From Ranitomeya imitator (Eukaryota): a DNA stretch of 64,000 bases. The notes below the pieces were generated by a model, which saw only the letters and a list, made by a program, of their open reading frames with translations, made no database searches and was not told where the DNA came from. This document shows positions 1 to 14,417 of this stretch, in pieces. The position numbers were made by a program, and so were the translations under genes. Numbering within the stretch: position 1 is the first letter of the stretch; each line of letters begins with the position of its first letter. The DNA lies in NCBI RefSeq assembly GCF_032444005.1, contig NC_091283.1, positions 467,728,001 through 467,792,000 of the forward strand. The letters run 5' to 3'.

Positions 1-120
1 GCATCATGTGCACAAAACATGCAGAATGCATTCTAAATGATAGGATGCATAATGTATGCGTTTTTAATGAGTTTTTATAGCGTTTTTACCGCGAAAAAAC
101 CTGAACATGTGCACATAGCC
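1..120. mobile_element. Right end of a Harbinger-type MITE (runs off window)
   Basis: Ends ...ATGTGCACATAGCC followed by TAA; same terminus as the MITE at 29250-29618. Confidence 0.5.
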
Positions 121-123
121 TAA

Positions 124-518
124 AGATACCGTCACACTCAGCGACACTGCAGCGATATAGACTACGAGCCGATCACTGCAGCGTCACTGTTTAGGTCGCT
201 GTAGAGACGTCAAACACCGGCAACAGCTGAACGATGCAGGAGCGATCCAGTGATGTAACGGCGACTCACTTATCGTTCTCGCTGGTTGTTAGCTCCATGT
301 AAAACATTGCAGGCATCGTTGCTTTGCTGTCAAACATGACGATACACGCCGACCTGACGACCAAATAAAGTTCTGGACTTCTAGCTCCGACCAGCGATGG
401 CACAGCGGGATCCGGATCGCTGCTGTGTGTCAGACACAACGAGATCGCTATCCAGATCGCTGCAACGTCACGGATCGTTGTCGTTCTCGTTGTAAAGTTG
501 CTGAGTGTGAAGGTACCT
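124..518. mobile_element. PIF/Harbinger-type MITE
   Basis: TIRs AGATACCGTCACACTCAGC / GCTGAGTGTGAAGGTACCT, flanked by TAA on both sides; same family as 43530-44118. Confidence 0.75.
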
Positions 519-1159
519 TAAGACTCCTAATAAAGTAATGACTGATATGAGCCAAGGCCATGCAAATAAGCAAGGGGACAGCGCAGGGTTCATCTGTAGT
601 CCTCTTCTCTGATGTCTATAGGGTGGGAGTGACACTGTTTTAGGTTGATGGCTCGAACCTTGTCTTTCTCTGTCTACCGGGTAGCCCTTTTAAGAGGGGT
701 GCGTGGAGCATTTGCAGCTCAGTATTTTTAGAGACCTCATTCTAACTTCTTCCCATCCAGAAGGAAGAGGCTGCGGTTTTCTGACAGCTCAGGAAAGAAG
801 AACATTGCAGTAGTGGAAGACTGCTATCTTCATCTCCATTCGGCAGACCTGCCCATGTCCTCTTATCAGTCTCTCCCATAGTGTGGGGCACTCCCTCAGC
901 TACCAGCCCTGCCAGGCCCCTTCATTCCCTCGTTTGCACTTTCCTGACATATAGAATAGCTTCAAGCTCCCAACAGTGCAGGATTCCATACATCGTACAC
1001 TGTCTCCACATGTGGACCTACCACCTACAGCCACACTACTGCCTCATAGTATTCTGAGGATGACCGCTTACTATGGATGGTGGCAACACTTTCCTATCCA
1101 AAAAAAAGCATTAACAACTTTGTTGAATTAGCACTTTACTTCATTGAGGAAAAGTGGCT

Positions 1160-1485
1160 GCCACAAAACTTACAGAAGAGCACCTTCAGTAACCGGCTTA
1201 TACTCCTGAGGTGTAAGAAGGAAAAATATAGGAAATCGTTTGTGCCAACTGCCATGGGAATGTACAACAATAACATTAGGGTTAAACCACCAAGGTGAAT
1301 GTCTACTTATTTCTCTACATTTCAGTTCACTTGTTGTGTATGTCCTATTCTAATGTATAATGTTCTTCTGTCAACAAACTGTCATGTCAACTATGTAATT
1401 CCTTTATGATTTTTATGATTTAAGTCGTGCTGCTGTGATACCATAATTTCCCACGGGATCAATAAAGTGTATCGTATCGTATCGT
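1160..1485 (+). mobile_element. 3' fragment of a Rex1/Babar-like LINE
   Basis: Translates ...FSNRLILLRCKKEKYRKSFVPTAMGMYN (RT C-terminal tail motif), then AATAAA at 1461 and a (TATCG)3 tail; left boundary approximate. Confidence 0.6.
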
Positions 1486-1515
1486 AAACTGTAATCAAGG
1501 TTAAAACATGATATA

Positions 1516-3067
<1,552 letters not shown>

Positions 3068-5027
3068 TACATGTATAATAATATACATATTCTAGTTTCT
3101 CCACAAGGCAGAGGGACCAGAGTCTGGATGCACACAGATTTTCTGCAGGTCTCAATTGAATAGTTAGGATGTGTGAAGAAACATCTCATGTCTGTAGTTA
3201 CAATTTAGGCTACGTTCCCACGATCCAGATGTGGCAGCGCTTTGGACGCAGGGTATTTTCACTGTGTGCTAATCTTGCAGGTAAATCCACCTGTGTTCAC
3301 TGAACAATGAGGATTTACCGCATGTTTTCATCCTTTTGCTGTCGGCCGTCGTACCGATATACAACACTCCAAGCTGAATGAAACCTAAAACTTCCTGTAA
3401 ACTTGTGAGATGTAATAGATACATACAAAAGGTAATGGGGACTGAAAGTCTCCAATCACTTGTGCATTCTGCGGACATGAATGGTCTGATACAGGCGTCT
3501 GAACCCTTTAAACAGGTGTTGTGACATGACTAAAGGTGTTGTTTTTCCTTTATACTGTTAGGGGAGCAAACGTTCCTATACAGCTGTGTATAAATCCATC
3601 TCTCTTCACAGTAAAGACTAATATACCTTAAAGTTAAGACAGTTACTCCTTGTTTCATAAATCAATAGCAAACATGAAAGTAAGAATTTGGAATATATCT
3701 TAGCAGAGAATTTGGCTTCTTCTCCTGGACTAATCATTCAGTCTCAAAGTTCTCAATTCATGAGTAAGATGTGTCTTCAGTGAGGATAGACATTCCTATT
3801 GCTGAGATAGGAGATGACCGTTGGTGCTCATAAAGTTCTATGGAGAATTGTGACTTGTTTAGGAGAACTTGCAGCAGAATGTCTGTGTTTGCCTCCAGCT
3901 CCTCTTCTTTCCTTCATAGAATATCATAAGCACCAACTGCCATCTCCTATCTCAGTAATGGACAAATCTGTCTTCACTGAATATGGATTTTACCATCAAA
4001 CCATGCAGAGAAAGAAGCAAATTTCTCTGATAAGTTATATTACAGAGTAGCTCAGTTTCATGTGCACTATTGATTTATGAAATCAAAATTAAAGCAACGG
4101 TTACTCTTTAAGACCCCTTTTTTTAGCAGGACTTGACAGTGATCCAAAGTGGTCACCCAACTCCCTCCACAGATGATGCCCAGGCATTTATCATCTTGGT
4201 TAGCTGTCGGATGATTTTTCATTGGGGGGGAGAACGGAGTAAGCTGCAACCAGACATCTTGGATGGTCTCCCAGAAGAAGAACAGAATCTGAAGCCCAAA
4301 CCTAATTCTAATAGCAGCGTTAACGGAGTGCGTTTCACCGCGGCATAACGTGGTCCGTTAGCGCTGCCATTAACCCTGTGTGAGCGCTGACTGGAGGGGA
4401 GTATGGAGCAGTCACTGACTGCGGGGAGTAAGTAGCAGCCATTTTGCCGCGACCAATCAGCGACTTGGGATTTCCGTTACAGACAGAAAGACGGAAGTGA
4501 CCCTTAGACAAGTATATAGTAGATGATAACTCTCTTATGTGTATGAGAGCAAAAACTAAGGCTCCTGTATCAGTACAGATAGTGGGTATCTAGGTGAGAG
4601 GCATTGATGTGAATGTAGGGGGTACTGCTCCTCTTTGGGTAGCCCACCAATGATCATTTCGGGGGTTAAAAAAAAGATATGGTGATTCAAAGGAGCATTT
4701 CCTGACCCACAGACCCCATACACACTTTCCTGAGCAGTTACAGAATATGCGAAGCCAAGAGCCAGCATAATGGAGATCCAGATGCCAAATGTAGCAGAGT
4801 GGAGTTTGATATCGTGTTCCTAAACCGACAGGCTTATCTTAACTGCAAGAGTTTACTCGGTGACAAACACAGTCCCATAACAAGCTTAGTTCTGCTAGAT
4901 CCGTGTCCACTACAAATATTGAGAAAGCAGTCACCAGGAAAGCCTCCATCCCTGTATTAATGGTATAATGTACAGATGAGACCGCCTCTGTCCCCATCAC
5001 TGGTGCTGGGCATAGGACATCACTCAC

Positions 5028-5084
5028 CTTTGCTCCTATTTGATTCCCGCACTGACCGATCTGCAGATGGACGATTTCACGCAT
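5028..5084 (-). CDS. TUBB1: Tubulin beta-1 chain (class VI), coding exon 1
   Basis: MREIVHLQIGQCGNQIGAK, the canonical 57-bp first exon, followed by AAG|GTGAGT donor; Ile at position 9 (QIGQ rather than QAGQ) and adjacency to CTSZ/NELFCD indicate TUBB1. Exon 2 not found, so probably left of the window. Confidence 0.92.
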
Positions 5085-5159
5085 CCTGGACTCCGGGGAG
5101 GAACGTTCAGGTTGGTTCTGTGGTTCAAAGACTGTGACGCCGCAAAACTTCACAGGAGA

Positions 5160-5199
5160 TTATATACTGGTGCTGACGTCACCGGACGCCTTATTATCT
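5160..5199 (-). promoter_or_regulatory. Putative TUBB1 core promoter (TATA, CRE/MARE-like, GATA)
   Basis: Minus-strand TATATAA 5166-5160; TGCTGACGTCA 5171-5181; AGATAA (minus) 5194-5199; about 75-115 bp upstream of the ATG. Confidence 0.5.
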
Positions 5200-7676
5200 C
5201 TGCACAAGCGGGGGGAGTCCAGAACGAGGAATGTCATCCACAGTGTCAGTGGGCATCACCTACCGAATACAGAAGGGTGGAGAGGATTGGAACAGTTAAA
5301 AAAATAAATAATAATAATTATAAAATAAATTATATAATATTATGTATATATGATATATATTTCCTAGAAAATTTTTTTTAATTTTTTTATTTTTTTTTTT
5401 ATAGGAAAAGTTGAGTTGCAGCCAATATGGCCACCATTAGAACTCACACTGGGGCTCTGGTCTACTTTCCCAGAGTCCTGAAAGGTAAATCTATCCAGAC
5501 ATGCAGAGAGCCATCCTCCAATCTCTCATCACTACAGTAGGGCAGATCTTATTTTCAGGAGTCTTAGAAAGATGGGTGGCAAGCACCATAGAAGCTATAA
5601 TGGCAGTCATTTTTCTCATAAGCAGGTCTTACCAAGAACTGGAAGAATAGAATATGTAAGAAGGGTCTTACCAAGCAGCAGAGGGTAACTTTGCGGAGTT
5701 TTCGGAATGGAGTCACCACAGGAGAGGAGATGTCCACAAGCCAAACCACGTCATCAGCTCAGCGTTATCTCCCTCCACACACCAGTTATTGAGAATATAA
5801 CACCACCCGCCGCCGTCTACTGTCCCTGAATGCAGAGGCCACACAAGGAAGGGTGTCTAATGGTAAAATGTCCAAATCAGTGGATTATTGGCTTACTGTA
5901 TAGGAAAGAACTACAAGTTTAAACATCTGGACTTGGGTGTTCAGCAGCAGCAGGGTCAGTGCCTGAACTAGAGCAAGAAAGGTTTCATTAATAAATGTAG
6001 TTTTATGTCATTATCGCTTCTTTGTACCTTAAACAGTGCCACGCCTTTATTCAGGTCATATGTGGTATTGCAACTCTGCCATCTCTTCAAAAGAGCTGAA
6101 GCTCCGCAGCAGGGTCAATGGAAAGCTGCCATGTTTGTCTTAAACATTTAAAGGGGATATCATGCACCTATGTGGTGAGCGGTGCCGATGACCCCACACT
6201 CCTATCGAGATGATCAGCAGATGTGTAATGAACTGGACACTTGCCCAATATCTGATGATCGCCTACACATCTCGGGATTGGAACGCCATTGGCACCATTC
6301 ACCTCCCATGTGGAAGTGAGCGAAGGCGTGGGATAACACCTTTAAGGACTGTCTTATGAGGTCCCATCACAGCCTGTCCATCATTATCTGTCCGCAGAAA
6401 CTAAGATGACTTTTGTACTATAGCCCTGTCTCAGCAGGCATACTACGGCCAGTGATCAACGATTAATCTTCCAGCAGCGGCCATCGGTAAACATAAATAT
6501 GGCGGGTTCGAAGGATCAGACAGATTCAAGTTTGGGCTAAGTAATGGAGAAGGTAAAGAATTCCAGAAGATAGAGGCAGCACAAGAGAAGTTCTGTGCTT
6601 GTAATTGGGGAGAAGGTACTGCTCAATGTTATCAGCCATCCATGTCAGCACTGATGGTTTTGGGCAGGGATCAGAGTACCCGATGATCAGTTATGAACAT
6701 ACGGCCTCAGGGGCCATGTAACGCTGCAGTAAATGGTTTGTGCTGACAGTAAAGGAGGACAGAACATGAAATATAAAATATAGAGAAAGTAAGAACCTTG
6801 TTTCATCGCTTCATTACGTTCTAGCCACTAGGTGGCTCCTGCGCTGCACACAGTTCTTTTTATAACAGCGCCACACCTGTCTGCAGGTTGTGTGTGGAAT
6901 GGCAGTTTAGCTCTATTGATGTTAGCTGGGCTGATCTGCAATACCACCAGCCTGTGAATAGGGGTGGCACTATTTTTAGAAGGTGCAATGTTTTTCTAAT
7001 CTTGGACAAGTAAGGTAACAGCATACCAAAACCCTCTGAAGGTGAAATTACATAATTCTCTTCCATCTGCACAATAGGGAAGATGTTTCTGCTGTTCCTA
7101 CAGTATCGGGCAGTGATATAAAGGGTCCCGGTGCTGTCTCCTGGTCACCCACCTGCATTGTGTTCACATTCACCATTCTCTCTGTATTGTAATAACCCCT
7201 CTCCCTACTGTGACCGCTCGCATTAGTAGATGGAGATAGGACACTTGTACTCTGCAGCCCAGTAGCTTAGCTACCGGGCGGGCAGAGGGGGCCATCGCCT
7301 TGCACCCGGTGCTCAGAGGAGGCCCACCCGGAGCTACGCTACTGTAACTGTATTGGCATGCACAGCGTGCCGATACAGTTACATTCTACGGCAGAGCAGG
7401 GAGAATCGATCTCTCTGCTCTGCTGCTGTGGGGCCCTTAGGCAGGCAGGGGTAAGGTGCCAGCAGTGGGCCACCCGCCTGTCATCGCAGGGTCAGCTGTA
7501 CCGGCATTTAGCCAATACAGCTGACTGCATTGATGAGGGAAGGAGCGCTACGCTCCATCTCCCATCATCCCCCTGTCAGCGTCTGACGTCACCGGCACTG
7601 CTCGGCACCCGCGGTCCAGAGATGATAGGGAGCAGCGCAGGAACCAGGAAGAAGAGAGGTGAGTATTGTTTTTCTT

Positions 7677-8100
7677 TATGGGGGCTGCCTTATACTACAG
7701 AGTCTGCCTGTGGGTGTGTGTGCTGCCTTATACTACAGAGTCTGCCTGTGGGTGTGTGTGCTGCCTTATACAACAAAGTCTGCCTGTGGGGGTGTGTGCT
7801 GCCTTATACTGCAGAGTCTGCCTATGGGGGTGCTGCATTATACTACAGAGTTTGCCTATGGGGTGCTGCCTTACACTACAGAGGCTGCCTATGGGGTGCT
7901 GTCTTATACTACAGAATCTGCTTATGGGGTACTGTCTTATACTACAGGGTCTGCCTATGGGAGCTGCCTTATGCTATAGTCTGCCTACGTGGGAGCATTA
8001 TACAATATAGTGTAGGGAGTGCATTACTATATGGAGTCCTATAGGGAGTGCATTATACTATATGGAGGCTTATGGGGAGTGCATTATACTATATTGAGGA
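7677..8100. repeat. About 30-34 bp minisatellite (GGGTGCTGCCTTATACTACAGAGTCTGCCTAT-like) decaying rightwards
   Basis: Tandem units visible directly; source of the spurious ORFs at 7358-8044. Confidence 0.8.
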
Positions 8101-8504
8101 CTATCTGGTGCATTATACTATATGGAGGCTATCTAGTGGGCCATCATACAGTGTGGAGATTACAGTGAGGCGGTCATCTTACAGTGTAGGAGCCATCAAA
8201 CAGTTTGGGGGCTATTAGGGGGCCAGCATACGGTGTGGGTGGTATTATACAGTGAGGGGGCATTATACTGTGTATAAAATAGCTGTACAGGGGGACAGAC
8301 TCAGGACATTATTCAATGTTAAGTGGGCACTTATTGTTATAGGGAAACTCAGGTTACTATGACTATCAAAAGGGCACACAGTGCAATATTACTTTCTAGG
8401 GGGCAAAACATGGGCACTGTTTTCTAGGGCACTTGCACCCGGCCTTACTATATTATAGAGAGTTGCTTTAGAATTTAGAAGGCACAGAGAACCACACAGT
8501 AAGT

Positions 8505-8973
8505 GCAGTAATAAGGACACATACGGCAACAGCGGCTCAGTATTGGGGTATCAGGTGCAGTAATAGGGACACATATGGCAGCAGCGGCTCAGTATTGGGG
8601 TATCAGGTGCAGTAATAGGGACACATACGGCAACAGCGGCTCAGTATTGGGTTATCAGGGGCAGTAATAGGGACACATATGGCAGCAGCGGCTCAGTATT
8701 GCGGTATCAGGTGCAGTAATAGGGACACATACGGCAGCAGCGGCTCAGTATTGAGGTATCAGGGGCAGTAATAGGGACATATACAGCAGCAGCGGCGGCT
8801 CAGTATTGGGGTATCAGGGGCAGTAATAGGCACACATACAGCAGCAGCGGCTCAGTATTGGGGTATCAAGGGCAGTAATAGGCACACATACGGCAGCAGC
8901 GGCTCAGTATTGGGGTATCAGGGGCAGTAATAGGGACACATACGGCAGCAGCAGCTCAGTATTGGGGTATCAG
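8505..8973. repeat. 52-bp minisatellite, about 9 copies
   Basis: Unit GCAGTAATAGGGACACATACGGCAGCAGCGGCTCAGTATTGGGGTATCAGGT. Confidence 0.9.
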
Positions 8974-10987
8974 TAGGATGAGGAGTTTGCGCAGGTTGGG
9001 AATAGATGCTGATGGGGCTGGAATGTGAAAAGTGAAATGTGTCTTTGTTGTTTTCTCTGCAGACGAGTCCTGGCTGGAAGAAGTTGTCGTGTCGGTCTGG
9101 GCCAGATGGAAAAGAGGGGAAAAATGAACGATTCCATCAGAAAGATCGTCAGCGGTTCGCCCCCTGAACCAAAACCCTAGCTACGCCCCTGCTGCAGCCA
9201 CATGCAGCCCTGGAACTGGAAAGAACATTTCTCTTTATTTCAGTTTGGGAAAATAATAAAGTAGAAGCATAACTTATTAACAGCGCACCCGGAGAACTCG
9301 AATTTTCCAACATTTCAAAAACACTCTCCAGACCTACAGAGACGCACATGTAGGACTTTGGTCACATGTCCGTCTGTTCGGACATTCAGTTTGTCTGTTT
9401 GTTTTAGGAGCGGACAAACAGAATCAGTTCTTCGCTACATCAGTGATGAAAATGGAAGCGGGAAATTGATCAGAGTGTGATTAGTCTGATCAGATCTAAG
9501 GATGATCTCTCAGATGAGAACATGGAAAAAAAAAGTTCTCCATTCTGTCAGTCTGTGGAAATCAGACTGCAGTCAGATGTCATCCGAGTGCAGTCCGATG
9601 TTTTGTACGGACTCATAGACGTGTATGTCCGAGTGAGACCTGAGCATTGGAAGCAAATCGGGCTTGCTGAGAGTTTTTCTTAGGATAAATATTGGACGTA
9701 TGCGCAGCCCCATAGAATAACATTAGTCTGGGTGCGATCCGATGTCTTGTTACGCCGCACTTGGGCTGACTATATGGTGCGAGCCCTTATGGTGACAGTC
9801 TGGGTACTGGATAGTTTGTAACCGAAGAAAAAGTTCTGCTTGTATGGACGTGTTTTGTTTTCCAATCTATAAAAACAGACCCCATAATAATCAGTGTGGG
9901 GAGTAAATGGGGGGGTAAAAAGTGCTCCAGTACCAGCAGCTAGGTGGGAAATGTGCCCCAGTCACCCCTGCGTTATTCCAATCTGCCCCATCAGTCGCTT
10001 ACTTAACGCGCAGCCGACACCTCTGCATTCCCAGCGCAGACTGCCCTGTGTGCCGGACTGTGGGGAGCTCCAGTCCTGATGTGACTGACGGGAATAAAAA
10101 CACAGATTGACGCTTGTGCAGAAAAACTATCATCCCAGACCCTCCACGCTGCCCCCACAGCAATCATCCCAGACCTTCCTTGCAGCCACCTCTGCTTGCT
10201 GTCTCATCTGCTGCAATAGACTCTTATGGTATAACTTCCCACCTCTGTTTGCTGTCTCATCTGCTGCTTTACCATCTAGAAACATAATGTAATGCGTTTG
10301 CTAATTCATTGGTATAATTCATTTGGTGCATTGTACTTGAGGGTATGTGCACACATATCTGTGAGGGCTGCGGATTTTTCCAGAGCGGATTTGATAAATC
10401 CGCAGTTCAAAACCGCTGCGTTTTTTCCTGCAGATTTATCGCGGTTTCTACTGTGGATTCCGCTGCAGCTTTACACCTTATACCACAAAAACCCCAATTG
10501 TGAACTTAATCAATGAGGCAAAGAGTTTTTTTATGAAAATATAAATACTTTATTACAAAATTCAAAATTTCACATATGAGAGGATAGAGTACCACACACC
10601 AAACAGGTGTAATAGGGGAACAAAAAACAGGTCCATAATAAATGACAATTTCCATAACATAAACACATTCAATATATGTTGTTAGAAGGCCCAGACCATA
10701 GCGACGGTTTTTGTATTTATATGGAAGTGTTTTGTACAAAAGGCAGTTTTAGCAATAAACCATAAGAACCCGAATGCTATGTCTGGCCCTTTAAGGAAAA
10801 GCACTTAAAAGGGCAGTGTTATTTATAAACCTCTACGCTAAACCATAGTGCTAATTATAGCACCTGGGAAACTTAGTGAGCAGGCTGCAAGTGCAGCATA
10901 ATGACTCCACTGATAGTGCTGGTAATAACATAACTAATATGCCCAATATAACTTACTTTTCTAATAAGGACCTGGACCCCCACCTGG

Positions 10988-11026
10988 CGCCTCGACGCGC
11001 GTTTCGCCGATCTTTTTCAGGAGGCG
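10988..11026 (-). ncRNA. Minimal type I hammerhead ribozyme, core-mutated copy
   Basis: Minus strand CGCCTC-CTGAAAA-AGATCGGC-GAAAC-GCGC-GTC-GAGGCG; core reads CUGAAAA instead of CUGAnGA (position 11015). Confidence 0.7.
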
Positions 11027-12111
11027 TGGCTTACTATTGATCTCACATCCGTATATATGGTACTAGGGGACCAATGAGGGAGTCCTATTGCAAAATGATA
11101 TCAGCCGATGTGCGGCGCATGCGCGAATATTCTCGGCCCCACACGGACACTTCCTCCTTCGCTCCTGAAGCGCAAGCGATCCACCGCTGCCTAGCAGCGG
11201 GGGACGCCGGCGCGTCACATGAGCGAATCGGGAACATCCGGGCTCGGGAATCTCTGGGCATGCGCACTAGCTGAAAAGCAGGACTTAGACGGCAATCCAT
11301 ACCATAACAATGGCTACAGGAAATGATTGCCCAGATTTTAACGCTATACCCGAGACAGTATAAATACTGATAGGTATGTGGGCAAGAATATATAAAAACA
11401 CTGGGAGCTGGTCTAGTACTGTCAGAGATGAAGAACCCGCATAATTATAACATATCAATTATATATATACAAAAACTACACAATATATATAAACAATATC
11501 CATATTGAATCACAATTGTAAAACAACATTAGATGGTGTATATTACATCAAATGTACTATAATCTAATGTACTATAATTTAATCACATATTACATCTAAT
11601 GTGCTAACATTTAATCATATAAAACCATACAGGATACCCCAAATATATGGCCAATAAATAAATCTAAATATATATAGAAACAATTATACAAACAATAATA
11701 TAAATATATAATAAGCCATATTTAATTATGAAAAAATAGTGATAGGCCAAACAATAAGACCATACAAAATCAATAAGGTGAGAATTATATATACCATACA
11801 ACTGTTAATAATTAAATAATAGAGTGCAACCATATTGATTACAATATAATCAGTTATAAACACCTAGAGTAAACACTATATAATATTAAAAATTATGCTT
11901 GATAGTCCTTCAATCCAACGTGTTTTTTCACAGAAGGCCCGCTCACATCGTCCACAACCACAAATTGATCACTCAAATGTATAAGTAAATATATCTAAGA
12001 AAACAAAACAAAATGTAAATATAAAACCTAAAAGCAGAAATATAAAACCATAAACGGACATGATATAAAATAAAATAATTATACATATATATACCCATAG
12101 TAAGTAACATT

Positions 12112-13551
12112 TCAAAGGAAGGAATCGAATCCATGGCTCTCATTCAATCCATAAGGGACCAAAGTGTTCAGCCTGAAAATCCAACGACTTTCCACTTGAG
12201 ATAGTACTCTGAACAAATTCCCTCCCCTAATGCCTAAAGATACTTGGTCAATTGCCATAAACCGAAGATTGCTAGCATCAGAATTGTGAACAGCCTTAAA
12301 ATGTCTAGCTAAGGTTTTTAGTTGTTCATTCTCCTTTGCATCTTTGGATTTTTCTATATCGCGAATATGTTCGCGTACTCTAATACGGAATTCCCGAGTA
12401 GTCATGCCAATATAAGATTTATTGCAAGAGCAATAAGCCAGATAGATTACTCCCTGCAATGTGCAAGTAAGATATTTACGAATTAAGAAGGTGCGTGATT
12501 TGTCAGAGTTATGAAATTCTTTACTCTTGACAGTATTCGCACAAGCCTTGCATTTTTTACAGGGGAAGAAACCTTGTATCTCACCAAAAGGATTCATCTG
12601 AATAGATTTTTTTGGACCATAATGACTCCTCACAAGTAGATCAGACAGATTTTTTGATCTTTTAGCTGTTATGAGTGGTTTAGGTGTCAACGTTTTCTTT
12701 AAAATGGGGTCAGTTAACAAAATGGCCCAACGGTTTTGTATGATTTTTGTTAGTTCTTCCCATTGGCCATTAAACGTAGTAATCAATCTTACTTTGTCAA
12801 ATTGAGGTTTCTTATCCCTATTCGCATAGAGAAGCTGGTTTCTTGTCACATTACAGGCTCTTTTATAGGCATGGCGAATGGGTCGATGGCCATACCCCCT
12901 CTCACGAAACCTAGAGTAAAGATCTGATGCTTGAGTTTGAAAAGCATCCTCGGTAGAACAAATTCTTTTTGCCCTCAAGTATTGACCCACCGGAATGGAC
13001 CTAATAGTAGAGGGCAAATGGGATGATTCGGCATGTAATAGTGAATTGGTGGAGGTAGGCTTCCTAAAAATAGTTGTAAAAATTGAGCCATCATGGTTAA
13101 CTGATATATCAATGTCTAAGAACGTGACCCTACGACCAAAGGAATAGGTTAGATGTATATTTAGATCATTGTTGTTAAGATGTGCCATTAAGTCCTTGAG
13201 TTCATCCTCAGTGCCCTCCCAGACGAACATAATATCGTCGATATATCTTATCCAGTTGTGGATTTTATCCACCCCTGGAGTTGAAGAGCACTGAAAAATG
13301 TCACGTTCCCAAAGACCTAAAAATAAATTCGCGTATGAGGGGGCACAGGCCGCCCCCATCGCAGTTCCTTGTAATTGTAGAAACACCTGTTCTTTAAATG
13401 TAAAACAATTGTGTGTAAGCACAAATTCCAAAAGTACCAAAAGAAATTTTACTACTTCAGTGTCCAAATTACTATTATGCAAGAACCACGATACCGCTGC
13501 CAATCCTTGGGAATGTCTAATTGACGTGTACAACGCTTCCACATCGGCTGT
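12112..13551 (-). CDS. Penelope-like reverse transcriptase + GIY-YIG endonuclease (N-terminally truncated)
   Basis: Uninterrupted frame: ADVEALYTSI, GTAMGAACAPSYANLF, RYIDD, CKKCKAC linker, VIYLAYCSCNKSYIGMT, RIREH. The first ~15 aa of the called ORF (12112-13593) come from the antisense of the inverted arm. Confidence 0.9.
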   Translation of the reverse strand, partial: TADVEALYTSIRHSQGLAAVSWFLHNSNLDTEVVKFLLVLLEFVLTHNCFTFKEQVFLQLQGTAMGAACAPSYANLFLGLWERDIFQCSSTPGVDKIHNWIRYIDDIMFVWEGTEDELKDLMAHLNNNDLNIHLTYSFGRRVTFLDIDISVNHDGSIFTTIFRKPTSTNSLLHAESSHLPSTIRSIPVGQYLRAKRICSTEDAFQTQASDLYSRFRERGYGHRPIRHAYKRACNVTRNQLLYANRDKKPQFDKVRLITTFNGQWEELTKIIQNRWAILLTDPILKKTLTPKPLITAKRSKNLSDLLVRSHYGPKKSIQMNPFGEIQGFFPCKKCKACANTVKSKEFHNSDKSRTFLIRKYLTCTLQGVIYLAYCSCNKSYIGMTTREFRIRVREHIRDIEKSKDAKENEQLKTLARHFKAVHNSDASNLRFMAIDQVSLGIRGGNLFRVLSQVESRWIFRLNTLVPYGLNESHGFDSFL

Positions 13552-14093
13552 AAAATCTGTCTGATCTACTTGTGAGGAGTCATTATGGTCCAAAAAAATC
13601 TATTCAGATGAATCCTTTTGGTGAGATACAAGGTTTCTTCCCCTGTAAAAAATGCAAGGCTTGTGCGAATACTGTCAAGAGTAAAGAATTTCATAACTCT
13701 GACAAATCACGCACCTTCTTAATTCGTAAATATCTTACTTGCACATCGCAGGGAGTAATCTATCTGGCTTATTGCTCTTGCAATAAATCTTATATTGGCA
13801 TGACTACTCGGGAATTCCGTATTAGAGTACGCGAACATATTCGCGATATAGAAAAATCCAAAGATGCAAAGGAGAATGAACAACTAAAAACCTTAGCTAG
13901 ACATTTTAAGGCTGTTCACAATTCTGATGCTAGCAATCTTCGGTTTATGGCAATTGACCAAGTATCTTTAGGCATTAGGGGAGGGAATTTGTTCAGAGTA
14001 CTATCTCAAGTGGAAAGTCGTTGGATTTTCAGGCTGAACACTTTGGTCCCTTATGGATTGAATGAGAGCCATGGATTCGATTCCTTCCTTTGA
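13552..14093 (+). pseudogene. Inverted duplicate of the GIY-YIG endonuclease C-terminus
   Basis: Nearly identical to the C-terminal ~175 aa of the minus-strand ORF (TSQG vs TLQG). Confidence 0.85.
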
Positions 14094-14417
14094 AATGTTA
14101 CTTACTATGGGTATATATATGTATAATTATTTTATTTTATATCATGTCCGTTTATGGTTTTATATTTCTGCTTTTAGGTTTTATATTTACATTTTGTTTT
14201 GTTTTCTTAGATATATTTACTTATACATTTGAGTGATCAATTTGTGGTTGTGGACGATGTGAGCGGGCCTTCTGTGAAAAAACTCGTTGGATTGAAGGAC
14301 TATCAAGCATAATTTTTAATATTATATAGTGTTTACTCTAGGAGTTTATAACTGATTATATTGTAATCAATATGGTTGCACTCTATTATTTAATTATTAA
14401 CAGTTGTATGGTATATA

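Larger units (their letters stand above)
7260..9191. mobile_element. Non-autonomous hAT-type element with internal minisatellites
   Basis: 8-bp TSD CTGCAGCC (7252-7259 and 9192-9199); ends CAGTAGCTTAGCTAC.. / ..CTAGCTACGCCCCTG. Confidence 0.8.

Noticed and set aside
4250-4290. Minus-strand TTCTGGGAG (FWE) as TUBB1 exon 2
   Set aside because: No AG acceptor, and the downstream translation is not tubulin
5085-5153. 23-aa N-terminal extension of TUBB1 in the ORF track
   Set aside because: Starts at GTG next to the TATA box; beta-tubulins begin MREI
7358-8044. Cys/Tyr-rich ORFs resembling keratin-associated proteins
   Set aside because: Translations of a minisatellite inside a hAT element, open in several frames
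13552-13593. N-terminus MDHNDSSQVDQTDFT of the 493-aa Penelope ORF
   Set aside because: Chimeric: antisense of the inverted arm across the junction, not a true start
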